From the IMG/VR virus record IMGVR_UViG_3300025276_000002: DNA of 64,000 nucleotides. One strand, given 5' to 3'. Position numbers and translations under genes: made by a program. The notes under the pieces are model-generated. The model was not told where the DNA came from. It ran no database searches and saw only the letters and a list, made by a program, of their open reading frames with translations. Every line of letters begins with the position of its first letter. The stretch's first letter is position 1. Source of the stretch: an uncultured virus (IMG/VR IMGVR_UViG_3300025276_000002). Its lineage: Duplodnaviria; Heunggongvirae; Uroviricota; Caudoviricetes. This document shows positions 1 through 10,926 of this stretch, piece after piece.

Positions 1-3000
1 ACAACATCACCAGCACCGTTGTTAATAGTGTAAGTACCATCACCATTATCTGTTATCGTAGGGATAGGTGCATTTTCACCATCATATATTGTGGCTTCTT
101 CTGTACCATTAGAAATAGTTACCGATCCATCTGGGTTAGTGCTTATCGCAGGAGTTCTTCCTGTAATACGAGATACATCCCTCCAAGCACCAAGAACACC
201 ATTTGTAACAGTAGCTGTACGTCTGAAAAGATCACCTGTGGTGTAATCGTCATGCCATGCAGTACTTCCGTCTACAGAATATTGATAGACCTCATAGATA
301 GTGTCTCCATCTAAAGCACGTATATCATCTTCTGATTCAACAGTATATCCACCTACAACAACGTTACCCGTAAATACCCACTTGTTCAAATCTGCCCTGT
401 ATTGCAAGGCAGGATTACCAGAGGAGTCATCAAATTGAACCACATCACCTTGGAATCGTAATCCATTTGTAGAGGAATCTGCAGTGATACCTGTAACCGT
501 AGTCTTTCCATCAACCGTCTCACTAACACCGAGATATGCCCTGCTTGAAACAACACCTAATCCGTTTGTCTCAGAATATAGGAGAAGTTCTGCTTGTGAC
601 AAATCTCCATCAACATTCTCTACCTTAGTCGAGAGTGCTGCTAGTGCTGATGCATTACCTTCAATGTCTGTCTCTGCTTGTTGTATTCTTGTAGAGTTCG
701 CCGTTACCTGCCCTTCAATGGTCCCAGATGCTGCAGTTAGTTCCAGTATCTCTTGAGAGAGTGCCCCTTGATCTGTAGAGAGTGCTTTTAGTTGAGTATC
801 TACTATTGCAACTGAGTCTCCTAATTCGAGATCCCTGTTCTTCTGATCAAGTATCTTCAGTTCTGTATAAAACTGTAGCTCTTCTAAGTCTTTAGATTTT
901 GTATCTAGTCTGTTTATACTTACCAAGTTAGATCGAATCTTAGCACCATCTATTGTGCTGAGTTCCTGTTGAACTGTGTTCAATCCTCCAATGAGACCCT
1001 CGATCTGATCATCAATTCCACCCTCTTCTGCATTGAAACTAACCACATTAGAGCGTATGGTTGCATTTGCTCCATCTACCCAGAGAGACGCGCTGTTTGC
1101 TTTAGTGATCGTCCCTTCATTATCAAGCTCTTGCTGGGTTGCTCTCAAAGAGATTATAGCTTCCTCACCATCTAGTACTTGAGTTACATTGTTAAGTGTT
1201 ACCGAGTTCTCATCATAAAAGGCAGTAGTGACAAAACTAGTCAGTTGACCTTCAATAGCGTCCACGTCTATACCTAACTGATTTACCTGTGCGGTTACTC
1301 CATCTAGAGCTTCTAGTTGAGCAGAGGGTTTTCCTATTGTTATACTTGATACTTCAAACTCATCAGAAGAAGATTCTCCTAAGATGATTCTCAGACCTGT
1401 TACTGTTCCAGTGTAAGTTGCATCTTCTGTCAGGTTCAAGTTCTGAACATTTGTTACTCCCACAGTCCCTTGTGATAAAGCTGCTGTGTATGTCTCTGTG
1501 GCACCTCCATCAAACGTTACAACTAAGTTACCTGTGAAACCACTTCCTGATAGTCTCTTTGTTGTGAGGGTAATAATAGGATTATCATCTGCTGAATAGT
1601 TGAGCATTTGATTCTCTATATCGCCCCAAGTTGTGCTTATAAAGCTATTTCCTTGGGTGATAGTTCCATTCACAGCCGACCAGCCTTCTGAGCTGTTGAA
1701 GAATCCAAAAGAATATGCAGGAATGATTGCATCCAATGCTCCATTTACATATTCTGTCATCTCTGTATAGCTTGCCTTTATTTCTACCTGACCTGCAAGT
1801 ACATCTATACTTGCATTCGCGTCTTGAACAGAAGTACCCAGATCTATAATCTTTCCAGCATTAATACTGACCTTTGCATCTACACCATCAATTAAAATAC
1901 CCGCTTGGGTAAATTGAGTATCTGCATAGTTATATGCTCTCAGCTCTATTGTACCTGTTTCGGGATTCACTTCAAATGTAGCGTCTCTGAGTGTATTGAA
2001 TTCACTATTACTGTTTCTTCTGAACTCAGCAAGTGAAGCAGTGGTATTGAAAAGCTCTCTATCGCTTTCCTCTCTTCTTAAAGTCTCAAGGTTCAACTGT
2101 GGCTTTAATTCACCATCTACCTGATCTCTTACATCAAGAATATCATCCCTAACCTCAAGAATATCATTTCTAATATCTTCCACGTTAGCGTAAGGAATTG
2201 TAATACCTACAACTGTCCCTGATGCCTCTGAATCTGCACTAGATATATTGGAAACTGTGGTGTATATTTCATACTCACTGTTATAGTCCAGCCCTTCGAT
2301 AATAAAAGTACCTGACTGAGTCCCTTCATCATAGCTTACTCGTACATCCCCTTCAAAAAGGTAACTGTCATCTAGTAGGAACTCTCCTGACTCGCTGGTT
2401 TTTCTGTAATAGACTTTCATCTTTTCCAGCCAAACACCATCGTGTTCAAACTCTACTTGAATACCTGTGATAGAGTAGGCATTGGCTCTTACTAAGGTCA
2501 TTGGCTCAGGTATAAGTACATCAGGGCCAAATGCTATTTGGGCTCTTCCATAGTTAGTTTCTGTTTCTCCAAAACCATCAATCCAAGCTGCCTCAAACAC
2601 ATAATCTCTGTTATCATATATTAAGGTGTCATTAGGCAGATCTATTTCCGCAACTTGGTTACTGCGGAATACTAATGCTGTAGAGGGTCTAACTGAATTT
2701 ATGTCTGAACTTTCCCAGACATAAACAATAGAGCCTATTGCATCTTCGGGTATGCCACTATTAGAAGATAATAAAATATCTCCTGTAACTCTTACAGTTA
2801 TCTCTGGAGACAAAGGTGCAGCATTGTTGACTATTCTTGTAACAGTTGGTGCAGATGCTAATGTATCATCATATGCAATAAGTCTTGCTGTGAAACTTCT
2901 AGAATAATTCTCACCAAATGCTTCTGTAAGCGCCTGTGACGTTACTTGATAAGATCTATAGTCACTTGTTAGTCTATATTCTAAAGTGTCTCCACCCTGC

Positions 3001-5330
3001 GTTATACGGAGGATATAACCCATTAGATAAGGGGATTCTGTTCCAACTTGTTGATCCCATTTTAGTGTGAATCCGCTCCCTTCATAAGTACCTTGGCCAT
3101 TCTCTGTATCAAAGTTTGTTGGCTGAGGGATTGAAGATGTGGCAGAATCTGTTATATCCAGATTAATACTCACACTTTTTGTTGAACTGCTTTCACCTGT
3201 CAACTCGTTTAATATATACACAGAAAACTCATATCTGGCAGGTTCTAATGGTAGCGGTAACGTATTGTTTGACAAACTTGTTTGACCACTTGTAACTAAG
3301 ATGCCTGTGTTATTAGGATCTCTCTCCGTATCTCCTGTAAACTTCTTCCAGAAATAAACATATGTACCTTCTTCTGCATCATCCCAGTTTGCAGAGATAC
3401 CTGCCGTAATCTTTGTGAGAGAGAGTCCTTGGATGTCCTCTTGGAGATCTGGAAGTATTCGAGTAACAGGGACTAAGAGATCTGTGCCCTCCTCTATGTG
3501 AGAAAATATAGAATCATTGTAATCAACACCCTCTGCTTGAATAACACCTTGGTTGTTGGTGATCCCTAGCACTTTTATAAGTACAGGTTTTAACCCTAAG
3601 GTGTCTCCACTTTTTACACCAAAAGATGTGAAGGAGAGTGGAGCTTCTTCCAAGGGGGTTGAAAGGATGATGTAAGAATCTGTCCACTCTGAAATATCAA
3701 CCTCAATAGGCTCTTCTCGGTTATTGTCAAAAACTATTTTAGGATTAGTTATACCCTCTATATTGATAGGTGTTCTAGGATCTATCTCTATTCTCGTATT
3801 GGTACTTCCCTCTCTTGTCTTTCCACAATAGTTAGATCTTGAGTAAATTCGATCATATAACTCTACAACCTCTCCGATTTGGATATCTTCATGCGTGTGG
3901 CCTACTGAGAAGGCATAAGAAGCTACAGCAATTTGTGAGTTAACAAGTACCTTTTTGATTGTTCTGTCTGCTTCTAGAGGGTCACTACAGGTTATTAATT
4001 GCAGCTTCTCTTGAACTAATCCATTCTTAACAATGGCACCGTCATCTTGTACAGAAACAATCGTTGTCTGGTAGTTATTGGTTTTATCAGAAAACTCTGC
4101 CTCTACATAGTTGGTTTTCTTTTTCTCTGGGACGGTTGTCTTTTTAACTTTCTCATTAAGAATATCATAAGATGTAATGACTCGTCTTTTATCTGTTTGT
4201 CTGTCTATTGAGACAGCAACCCTTCCACTTGTGTCTTCATATAGTTTACCATCTGCAGCGCCAACAATTTGAGAAGCAATCCTGAAGTAGCTATCTGACT
4301 TCAGGAGTTCTTGACTATGGCTGTATCTCTTACTACCATCAGCCATTATCTCAGAAATGTATTTATCAAACTCTACAAAACTGGTTACGTTTATCTTGTC
4401 TATGGGTAGTCCAGCTCCCCACTTCTCATCTACGAGTACGGCCATTGCATTCCAAGCATGGCTATATGAAACTGCCTTGGTGAATTCTCCTAGAAAGAGA
4501 TTGTTCTCTCCTATATATACAGGAACATCTACCTTATAGCCTTTTACCAAATACTCCCTCTTTGGAGAACTTCCTGAGAGGTCTCTAGCGACAACATTGC
4601 CACTTACCATAGCTACATTCTCATAAGATTGCGTCTCTTTGTAAAGCTCTGTAATAGTAGAAGCAGACCATGTTCCAGAAACTGTAGTTCCATAAAAGTT
4701 GACACGGATCTTCATCTCCACTTCATATTCCCAGACTCTCTTCACATCCTCTTCTCTGGCAAGGATTGTACAACCCACTGATGTAGGATTAGAGGCATAG
4801 TATTTAGAATTGGCAACCTTAGAGGATTTAATACGATTACCTTCCTCATCTAGGAGGTACACAGTGAAATCAGCCTCTGCTGTCTTGCGTCTGTTCTCTT
4901 TGTCTCTGTGGACAAATTGAGATGTGTTAAAATTAATACGAACACCAGAAACACCTACCCCACTTACTGATCGGGTAAATGTGGTGGTAGAAACCTTTCC
5001 CTTATCCCCTTCTACGATCTCTGCTTGTTTGCCTAGTGTATATGTTCTCTCCACGTAAGGGAAATTGCCATCAAACGCTGTTGTTGCACTGTCTCCTGTG
5101 TGAACAAAGATCTCTGTGTTTGGGAACTCTCCTGTATCTAAATTAACATCATTAATATACATTTCGTCAATAGATTCAATTGGGCCTACAGAAACTACAT
5201 CTACAAAGTTTGCATTACTATCACTTCCGTAGGTTATTAGTCCTGAACCACCATAAAGAGATGGTTTGTCAAACCCTGTATTAGTTGTTTTTTGCTCTAA
5301 AGACCTCACAGGTTTTTTATTATCTATCAT
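1..5330 (-). CDS. Tail tip / host-specificity protein (lambda gpJ-like), >1770 aa, 3' end outside the window
   Basis: ATG at 5330 overlaps the stop of the upstream gene (ATGA). The frame is still open and in phase at position 1 (TITDNGDGTYTINNGAGDV). Probably absent from the ORF track because it has no stop here; the middle was not checked codon by codon. It follows the M-L-K-I-like genes. Confidence 0.85.
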   Translation of the reverse strand, partial: MIDNKKPVRSLEQKTTNTGFDKPSLYGGSGLITYGSDSNANFVDVVSVGPIESIDEMYINDVNLDTGEFPNTEIFVHTGDSATTAFDGNFPYVERTYTLGKQAEIVEGDKGKVSTTTFTRSVSGVGVSGVRINFNTSQFVHRDKENRRKTAEADFTVYLLDEEGNRIKSSKVANSKYYASNPTSVGCTILAREEDVKRVWEYEVEMKIRVNFYGTTVSGTWSASTITELYKETQSYENVAMVSGNVVARDLSGSSPKREYLVKGYKVDVPVYIGENNLFLGEFTKAVSYSHAWNAMAVLVDEKWGAGLPIDKINVTSFVEFDKYISEIMADGSKRYSHSQELLKSDSYFRIASQIVGAADGKLYEDTSGRVAVSIDRQTDKRRVITSYDILNEKVKKTTVPEKKKTNYVEAEFSDKTNNYQTTIVSVQDDGAIVKNGLVQEKLQLITCSDPLEADRTIKKVLVNSQIAVASYAFSVGHTHEDIQIGEVVELYDRIYSRSNYCGKTREGSTNTRIEIDPRTPINIEGITNPKIVFDNNREEPIEVDISEWTDSYIILSTPLEEAPLSFTSFGVKSGDTLGLKPVLIKVLGITNNQGVIQAEGVDYNDSIFSHIEEGTDLLVPVTRILPDLQEDIQGLSLTKITAGISANWDDAEEGTYVYFWKKFTGDTERDPNNTGILVTSGQTSLSNNTLPLPLEPARYEFSVYILNELTGESSSTKSVSINLDITDSATSSIPQPTNFDTENGQGTYEGSGFTLKWDQQVGTESPYLMGYILRITQGGDTLEYRLTSDYRSYQVTSQALTEAFGENYSRSFTARLIAYDDTLASAPTVTRIVNNAAPLSPEITVRVTGDILLSSNSGIPEDAIGSIVYVWESSDINSVRPSTALVFRSNQVAEIDLPNDTLIYDNRDYVFEAAWIDGFGETETNYGRAQIAFGPDVLIPEPMTLVRANAYSITGIQVEFEHDGVWLEKMKVYYRKTSESGEFLLDDSYLFEGDVRVSYDEGTQSGTFIIEGLDYNSEYEIYTTVSNISSADSEASGTVVGITIPYANVEDIRNDILEVRDDILDVRDQVDGELKPQLNLETLRREESDRELFNTTASLAEFRRNSNSEFNTLRDATFEVNPETGTIELRAYNYADTQFTQAGILIDGVDAKVSINAGKIIDLGTSVQDANASIDVLAGQVEIKASYTEMTEYVNGALDAIIPAYSFGFFNSSEGWSAVNGTITQGNSFISTTWGDIENQMLNYSADDNPIITLTTKRLSGSGFTGNLVVTFDGGATETYTAALSQGTVGVTNVQNLNLTEDATYTGTVTGLRIILGESSSDEFEVSSITIGKPSAQLEALDGVTAQVNQLGIDVDAIEGQLTSFVTTAFYDENSVTLNNVTQVLDGEEAIISLRATQQELDNEGTITKANSASLWVDGANATIRSNVVSFNAEEGGIDDQIEGLIGGLNTVQQELSTIDGAKIRSNLVSINRLDTKSKDLEELQFYTELKILDQKNRDLELGDSVAIVDTQLKALSTDQGALSQEILELTAASGTIEGQVTANSTRIQQAETDIEGNASALAALSTKVENVDGDLSQAELLLYSETNGLGVVSSRAYLGVSETVDGKTTVTGITADSSTNGLRFQGDVVQFDDSSGNPALQYRADLNKWVFTGNVVVGGYTVESEDDIRALDGDTIYEVYQYSVDGSTAWHDDYTTGDLFRRTATVTNGVLGAWRDVSRITGRTPAISTNPDGSVTISNGTEEATIYDGENAPIPTITDNGDGTYTINNGAGDV

Positions 5331-5833
5331 GAAGATCTGCTCCTATAAATTTCTGAATCTATACCAAAAGATGCAACCCTGCTGCCCGTTCTTCGTTCTC
5401 CTAGAATGACAGGCATTGCGCCACCTTGACCTACAACATTTTCAGGTGTAGACCAGTTAGACCCTGATGTTGTATCTTGGTCTGTGTTTATTTTAGGAGC
5501 AAGTAGGAAGGAAAGTCCTATTGAAATTACAGATATAACAATGGCTATTACTGTAAGTATTTCTGCTCCTTCAGGATCAGGGTAAATGTGGATTGTCCTT
5601 TGCTCATCTGGTAACTCTTGTTCAGGATCGAAAAGCTCCGTAAGTTCACCTTCTTTATTTTCAAAAGCAATTCTTAAACCTTTCTCTTTCAGAAGCTCAG
5701 GGTATGCACTTTTAAAAACAATGCTTAAAAGGTTGAACATACTGTCTGCATATACTTCCAGAGGAGCAACTTGATACTTTTCTTGGTAAATACCATGAAA
5801 CTGTACTACTCTTTTCCTAGGGTGCCTTTTCAT
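5327..5833 (-). CDS. Tail assembly protein (gpI-like)
   Basis: Hydrophobic segment, then ENVVGQGGAMPVILGERRTGSRVAS typical of gpI C-termini; lies between K-like and J-like genes. Confidence 0.75.
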   Translation of the reverse strand: MKRHPRKRVVQFHGIYQEKYQVAPLEVYADSMFNLLSIVFKSAYPELLKEKGLRIAFENKEGELTELFDPEQELPDEQRTIHIYPDPEGAEILTVIAIVISVISIGLSFLLAPKINTDQDTTSGSNWSTPENVVGQGGAMPVILGERRTGSRVASFGIDSEIYRSRSS

Positions 5834-6144
5834 GATACCTCCTTTATAGTTGTTACATTTTTTCCATCTGTCCCTATAATTAGGAAAGGGATTCCCGTGG
5901 ATCTTTGTGATTGTAAGTCTAATTGACTAGGGTGCTGGTCCATGTTAGGATGTGAATGCACCAGATACTCTACTTTATTATTTAAGACCAGTAATTTATC
6001 TGCAACTGAAAGTTGATATCTTTTCCGAGGATCTGTTGAAATGTTCTTTAATGCATGGAATTTTCCATTCTTTATGTACCCCACCATTTCCTCTGGAAAT
6101 CTGTTTACAGCTTCCTTCTTTATATCTTCTTCACATCCGTACAT
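5830..6144 (-). CDS. JAB/MPN-domain tail assembly protein (gpK-like, JAB domain only)
   Basis: FPEEMVG...VHSHP...PSQLD matches the JAMM motif E...HxH-x7-S-x2-D; tail-tip gene order. Confidence 0.8.
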   Translation of the reverse strand: MYGCEEDIKKEAVNRFPEEMVGYIKNGKFHALKNISTDPRKRYQLSVADKLLVLNNKVEYLVHSHPNMDQHPSQLDLQSQRSTGIPFLIIGTDGKNVTTIKEVS

Positions 6145-6145
6145 A

Positions 6146-6718
6146 TTATCCTCTCTCTTGTGAAATGTTCCTGTTTACTGCAGGGAAAATATTAATAGCC
6201 GAGACACTCCCATTAGGAAGCCCTGCTGTAAAGGAAATAGTAGGCACATCCACATCTTTAGAAAGAGGATCTACCGTGTTTAAAACTACCTCCCCTATTG
6301 TGTCTGAATCCTCTACGTAATCAACAATGTGATCAAGCCTCTTTACATAGGCCAAGGGGTTTGCATCAGGAGATGTGTCTAAGAATACTCCGTAGACTTT
6401 TAATTCTGTCACTTTTGCCCCTTGCAGATCGCCCCCTACTTTATCTATAAACCTAGAAATAGTAAGTCCCTCATTATCTGATAATGATATTTTAGCATTA
6501 TTGGTGTTTGAAGATGCTGATCTCTTAACCTGCTTTAGTTCATAAGGGTAAGGTGTGTACTTGTTAGTTTGGAAAGTAACACCCTCTCCATTCTCTCCAT
6601 AATTATTTACCAATCTCAAGACATGTGTCGGATCTTCAGTCACATCCCGCATATCAATTGTAAGTAGGTAGACCAATCCACCTAGATCCTCTTTTGCTCT
6701 ATGAGTAATTAAGCTCAC
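6146..6718 (-). CDS. Minor tail protein (gpL-like)
   Basis: YTPYPYE and DLQGAKVT...FLD resemble gpL N-terminal motifs; synteny. Confidence 0.7.
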   Translation of the reverse strand: MSLITHRAKEDLGGLVYLLTIDMRDVTEDPTHVLRLVNNYGENGEGVTFQTNKYTPYPYELKQVKRSASSNTNNAKISLSDNEGLTISRFIDKVGGDLQGAKVTELKVYGVFLDTSPDANPLAYVKRLDHIVDYVEDSDTIGEVVLNTVDPLSKDVDVPTISFTAGLPNGSVSAINIFPAVNRNISQERG

Positions 6719-6731
6719 TGGCCTTCCTCCT

Positions 6732-7118
6732 TTATTCGTTATATAAGTATTCTAAACTTAATGATGCTTCAAATATTGTACCTGCCGTGTTACTCTCTTT
6801 ATAAGAGTTGGGTACGGTCCTCCAGATCCTTGTCTGAGGTATGTCGAAAGGTTTCCACCTTACCTTATTTATGTACGCCAGTTTGTAAAACTCTCTGACC
6901 ACTTCTATATCATGATCGACACCTTGCCCCTTGTCAAACTCTAAGAGCTTCCATGAGACTTTCCATATAGAGTTTCGAGATGCTTCAATACTGGGACCAT
7001 TAAATGTCCGTTGTGATACCTTACCAGAATATACAATCTCATTTAGATCGAAGCTATCAGATGTAGCTCCAGATTCTCTATCAATGATATCTTGGTAAGG
7101 AAGATCAATGATTGCCAC
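6732..7118 (-). CDS. Distal/minor tail protein (gpM-like)
   Basis: 128 aa directly after the tape measure gene; F...WKP pattern. Confidence 0.6.
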   Translation of the reverse strand: MAIIDLPYQDIIDRESGATSDSFDLNEIVYSGKVSQRTFNGPSIEASRNSIWKVSWKLLEFDKGQGVDHDIEVVREFYKLAYINKVRWKPFDIPQTRIWRTVPNSYKESNTAGTIFEASLSLEYLYNE

Positions 7119-7138
7119 TAATCTTCCTCCTTATTTTG

Positions 7139-10100
7139 TTATATCGGGTTCAAGAACCCACCGACTTCATTCTCCTGCTGTATAGACTGCAGAGAGACAC
7201 CCTGAGCTATCTGTTCAACCCTGTTCTCATAATCCCTTAGCTTAGACTCAATAAGACCTACAGTCCGTTCTGAAGCGTCCCCTTGGATATTGATAACTGG
7301 AGAAGATGTAAATGAACTACCACCTCCTTGTCTGATAGGTAATCCAGCATTCATTCTTTCAAGAGTATCCTTATATCTAGCTGTGGCAGGGGCTGTCATT
7401 ACTGACTCACCTCTTGCAATATTTGCCTTGATACTATCTGATCTGCCTGTACCTTCCCCCTGAATATCTACACCACCGAAAGCAAAAGATGGCTCTTTCA
7501 AAGATCTTGCCTGACCTACCAACTGCGTACCTGTTGCAAACGCTTCTGCTATTATAGGTATGTTGGCTGGCCAACCTACTGCTGATGCCTTAGCTATACT
7601 TTGAACGAGTGCCGTTGATGTTTCAAAGATTGCAGCAGCTTTAGAGATCTTAGCCAACTTCTTACTGTTACCTGCAACCGCTGATAACATCTTAGCGCCA
7701 CTAGATATGACACCTGCCACCTCCCCTTGTCTTGATAATGCTTGAGCTTCTGCTGTGGCTTCCCAAGCAGCTATCTTAGCATTGGTTATCTTATCTTCAT
7801 AATCTACATTTAGCTGCCTCTTTCTTTCCAGATATTGCTCTTCAGTTATAAGATCTTCTTCCTGCCACAACTCTTTAAGTTCTTTTTCCTGAACCCGCAA
7901 TTCCTCCTGTAGAAGATTTAACTCTGTTGCTGCCTGAATAGCTCCTTCTTCATCTACAAAGAAACCTAATGGAATGAGTATTTCATTCTTTTCATCCATG
8001 AAAGTGGCTTTAAGATTTTCTTTTAGCTTATCCACCATTTCTTGAGAAATACCATTCTCAACATCTACAAGATTGTCTAGCTTAATAAGTTCATCAGGAA
8101 GTGCCGATGTTAGTTGGTTTAGTGTACCTTCTATCTGAGCACCACCTGTAGATGAGAAACTAATACCTGCATCTGCTAAGTCCTGATACTTTTGTAGTTC
8201 AGATCTTTTAGCAGCTATTGCCTCTGCGTTCTTAAGTAATTGCATATACTCTTGACTATCTATAGCTACTGCATTTGTCTTGATAGTGTTAAGAGCTTTT
8301 AAACGCTCTTCTTCATAAATGTATTCAGAAGATGTCTTACTAACACCTGTTGACAAAAGTTTTTGTAATTCTATTTGCCTATTAAGTGTAGCTACGTTTG
8401 CACTATTTGCATCACTAGCTTTTAATGCATTAAGTACAGCTTGGTTACGTTGTGCTTTTAGTAATTCTACATTCTCTTGATACAAAGCCTTAGTCTGTGC
8501 TTCAGTAACTTCTCCGCTTATCCTTTTTATATCATTAGCCGTCTTGATACTAGCTGATAATTGAATAAAAGCCTCTGAGTTCTTAAGTATACCACTTGTC
8601 GTTGCCTTGTATAATTCTACTTCTCTTTCAAGACCATCTTGCTGCGCTTGTAGGGATTTGGTCTTTTGAAGTACAGTGTTGTAAGTTACACGTTGCCTAG
8701 TAAGATCAGATGTTGCTAGGATGTTCTCATAAATAATCTTTAGCTCTTTTTCTTGAACTGTAAGATTCTCTTTCCCACCTGCAATAACATTCTTAATCTT
8801 AGAGAGAGACTCTTCTGATACAGCAAGTTCTCTTTTCGTAGCCTCTGTTAATGCATCTTGTCCAGCTTTAACTGAAAGGTAGTAGTCACTTGCTGTATCC
8901 CCTGCCTGCAAGAAGGCTGCTGTAAGTTGCTTCTGCTTTTCAAGTTCTTGTTCAGAAGTTTCTCTTGCTTTCTGCTGTGCATCTGTCAGGAGAGATACAT
9001 AGTTAGAATACTCACCATTTTGCTGTTTCTGTTTTTCTACCAATTCTTCTTTAAGTCTTAATAGCGAAATAGATTCTTTCTGCTCATCTGTATAAAATCT
9101 GTCAGAAAGTTCTCTAGCGGAGATTATACCGTCACCTATTCCAAACCAAGATGCTTGCATCCTAAGGAAGCCCTCAACAGCAGTCCCTGCCTCTAGCGAT
9201 AGCCTTTTCACCTCATCTGATAGGCTAAGTTCATCACTTGACTTACTCAATTCTTCGAGACGCTGATCTATTAGGGCTATTTGCTTGGCTGTGTCTTCTG
9301 ATGTCTTGGTAAGTCCCTGCATCTCATTTCTTTGCTTTCTCAGCATGGTTTCAACATCTGTCTCTGATAGTTGTTGTGCGAGCTCTAGCCATTGAGACCA
9401 GTTTTGAACAACTGTCCTGAGTGGGCCACTAGCCCCTCTTCCTAGTGTTTCGAACAACTCTGTCCATTGCTGATTGACCGTATCAAGATCTCCAGCTAAG
9501 GTGTCTGCTTGCGCCCTAGCTATATCTCCATACCTTTCATTAATTCTGCTTAGGATTATCTCTTGAGCTTCATAAAGTCTACCTTCTACTTGTAAACTCT
9601 TTATCCGATCCTTATCACCTTTTTCAAGATCAATCCTCAACTCTTTTAGAGACTCTAGTTTAGAGATGGGATTATCCAGCACTCTGCCAAGCTGATTAAC
9701 AACTTCTTTAGTGGATTTACCAGCCACAATAGCAATATCTTGAGATTTCCTTATGACATCTTCAAACACAGCAGATGAGACATTTGTAAAAGACAGGAGA
9801 GATTGAATACTAGTTCTTACATTATCTGTACTGTCTAAAGTACCTCTTGCTATGTTTCTGGCCATCATGTCTAATTGGGTAGCTGAGTACCCTGCTGCAT
9901 TACCTGTTGCCTCTATTTGAGCTTCAAGTGTTTTAAATGCAACCTCAGACTCTTTAGCAGTTGTTATGCCTCTGGAAAGTTGTTGGGTAAACAATGCAAC
10001 ACCTATACCAAGGCCTGTTAGGGCTATTGCCCCTCCTATGCCGCCTGTAGACTTAAGAATAGTACTTAAGGTTGTAAGTCGTGAGGCTATACCGCCTAAT

Positions 10101-10915
10101 GGTCCATCTACAAGTGCTGCCTGTTTAGCCATATCATCTAGTCCGTCAGTGAACTTACTCGCACCCTTAGTGCTTTCTGTTGTTTCTTTCTGAAGACGCT
10201 TTCTGGCTGCGGTAGATTGCTCTATGGCTTTGGTATTCTTTACTATCTGGTTGTATTCATCAGATCCTGTTTTAAGTCCTTTCTGCTTAGCCTTTTCAAT
10301 TCCAAGGATTTCTCCTCTGGCCTCTGCATACTCATCACTCAGTCTGTCTAAACCTTTCTCTTCTAGCTTGAGAAGTTTTGTTGCCGTTTCTCTGGCTATA
10401 TTAGAGGATGCTAGTGCTTTCTCCTGAGCCTTCTCAGCGGCTGTCTGCTTGCCTTGAGCTAGTGCCTCTAGCTCTGCTGCCTTTTGTGATTTAGTCATCT
10501 CAGCGACTTTCTGAGCTTGCTCTGCTGCTAATCTCTTAGAAGCTGTTGTTGCTAACTCTGTTGCCTTGATGTTGTTGAGAAGTATGTCATATTCTTTACT
10601 TCCTGTTTCTATACCTTTCTTAGCAGCGACTTCTCTAGCTTTTATAGCTGCTTGCTCAGTTGCATACGCATCACTGAGCTTGTGAAGACCTTGTTGGTGC
10701 AATCCTAACATGTCTACAGCTTTCTTCCTAGCAATCTCTGCTGCCTTTAGTGCTGTATTTAATTTAGTTTGCGAAGCTTCTTGTGCTTTATTCTCGGTAC
10801 TTAATTTATCAAGACCTTTGTCTAGTTGATCAAGCTTGCTTATTAAAGCATCAATTGCCGATGTTGTCTTCTCAACGCTGTCATGCTTAATCCTGAGTTC
10901 GGCTTCTTGAGCCAT
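7139..10915 (-). CDS. Tail tape measure protein
   Basis: 1258 aa, Ala/Lys/Glu-rich and helical. C-terminal FAFGG...GTGRSDSI...GESV motif. Follows the tail chaperones. Confidence 0.93.
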   Translation of the reverse strand: MAQEAELRIKHDSVEKTTSAIDALISKLDQLDKGLDKLSTENKAQEASQTKLNTALKAAEIARKKAVDMLGLHQQGLHKLSDAYATEQAAIKAREVAAKKGIETGSKEYDILLNNIKATELATTASKRLAAEQAQKVAEMTKSQKAAELEALAQGKQTAAEKAQEKALASSNIARETATKLLKLEEKGLDRLSDEYAEARGEILGIEKAKQKGLKTGSDEYNQIVKNTKAIEQSTAARKRLQKETTESTKGASKFTDGLDDMAKQAALVDGPLGGIASRLTTLSTILKSTGGIGGAIALTGLGIGVALFTQQLSRGITTAKESEVAFKTLEAQIEATGNAAGYSATQLDMMARNIARGTLDSTDNVRTSIQSLLSFTNVSSAVFEDVIRKSQDIAIVAGKSTKEVVNQLGRVLDNPISKLESLKELRIDLEKGDKDRIKSLQVEGRLYEAQEIILSRINERYGDIARAQADTLAGDLDTVNQQWTELFETLGRGASGPLRTVVQNWSQWLELAQQLSETDVETMLRKQRNEMQGLTKTSEDTAKQIALIDQRLEELSKSSDELSLSDEVKRLSLEAGTAVEGFLRMQASWFGIGDGIISARELSDRFYTDEQKESISLLRLKEELVEKQKQQNGEYSNYVSLLTDAQQKARETSEQELEKQKQLTAAFLQAGDTASDYYLSVKAGQDALTEATKRELAVSEESLSKIKNVIAGGKENLTVQEKELKIIYENILATSDLTRQRVTYNTVLQKTKSLQAQQDGLEREVELYKATTSGILKNSEAFIQLSASIKTANDIKRISGEVTEAQTKALYQENVELLKAQRNQAVLNALKASDANSANVATLNRQIELQKLLSTGVSKTSSEYIYEEERLKALNTIKTNAVAIDSQEYMQLLKNAEAIAAKRSELQKYQDLADAGISFSSTGGAQIEGTLNQLTSALPDELIKLDNLVDVENGISQEMVDKLKENLKATFMDEKNEILIPLGFFVDEEGAIQAATELNLLQEELRVQEKELKELWQEEDLITEEQYLERKRQLNVDYEDKITNAKIAAWEATAEAQALSRQGEVAGVISSGAKMLSAVAGNSKKLAKISKAAAIFETSTALVQSIAKASAVGWPANIPIIAEAFATGTQLVGQARSLKEPSFAFGGVDIQGEGTGRSDSIKANIARGESVMTAPATARYKDTLERMNAGLPIRQGGGSSFTSSPVINIQGDASERTVGLIESKLRDYENRVEQIAQGVSLQSIQQENEVGGFLNPI

Positions 10916-10926
10916 AAGCTTTGCTC

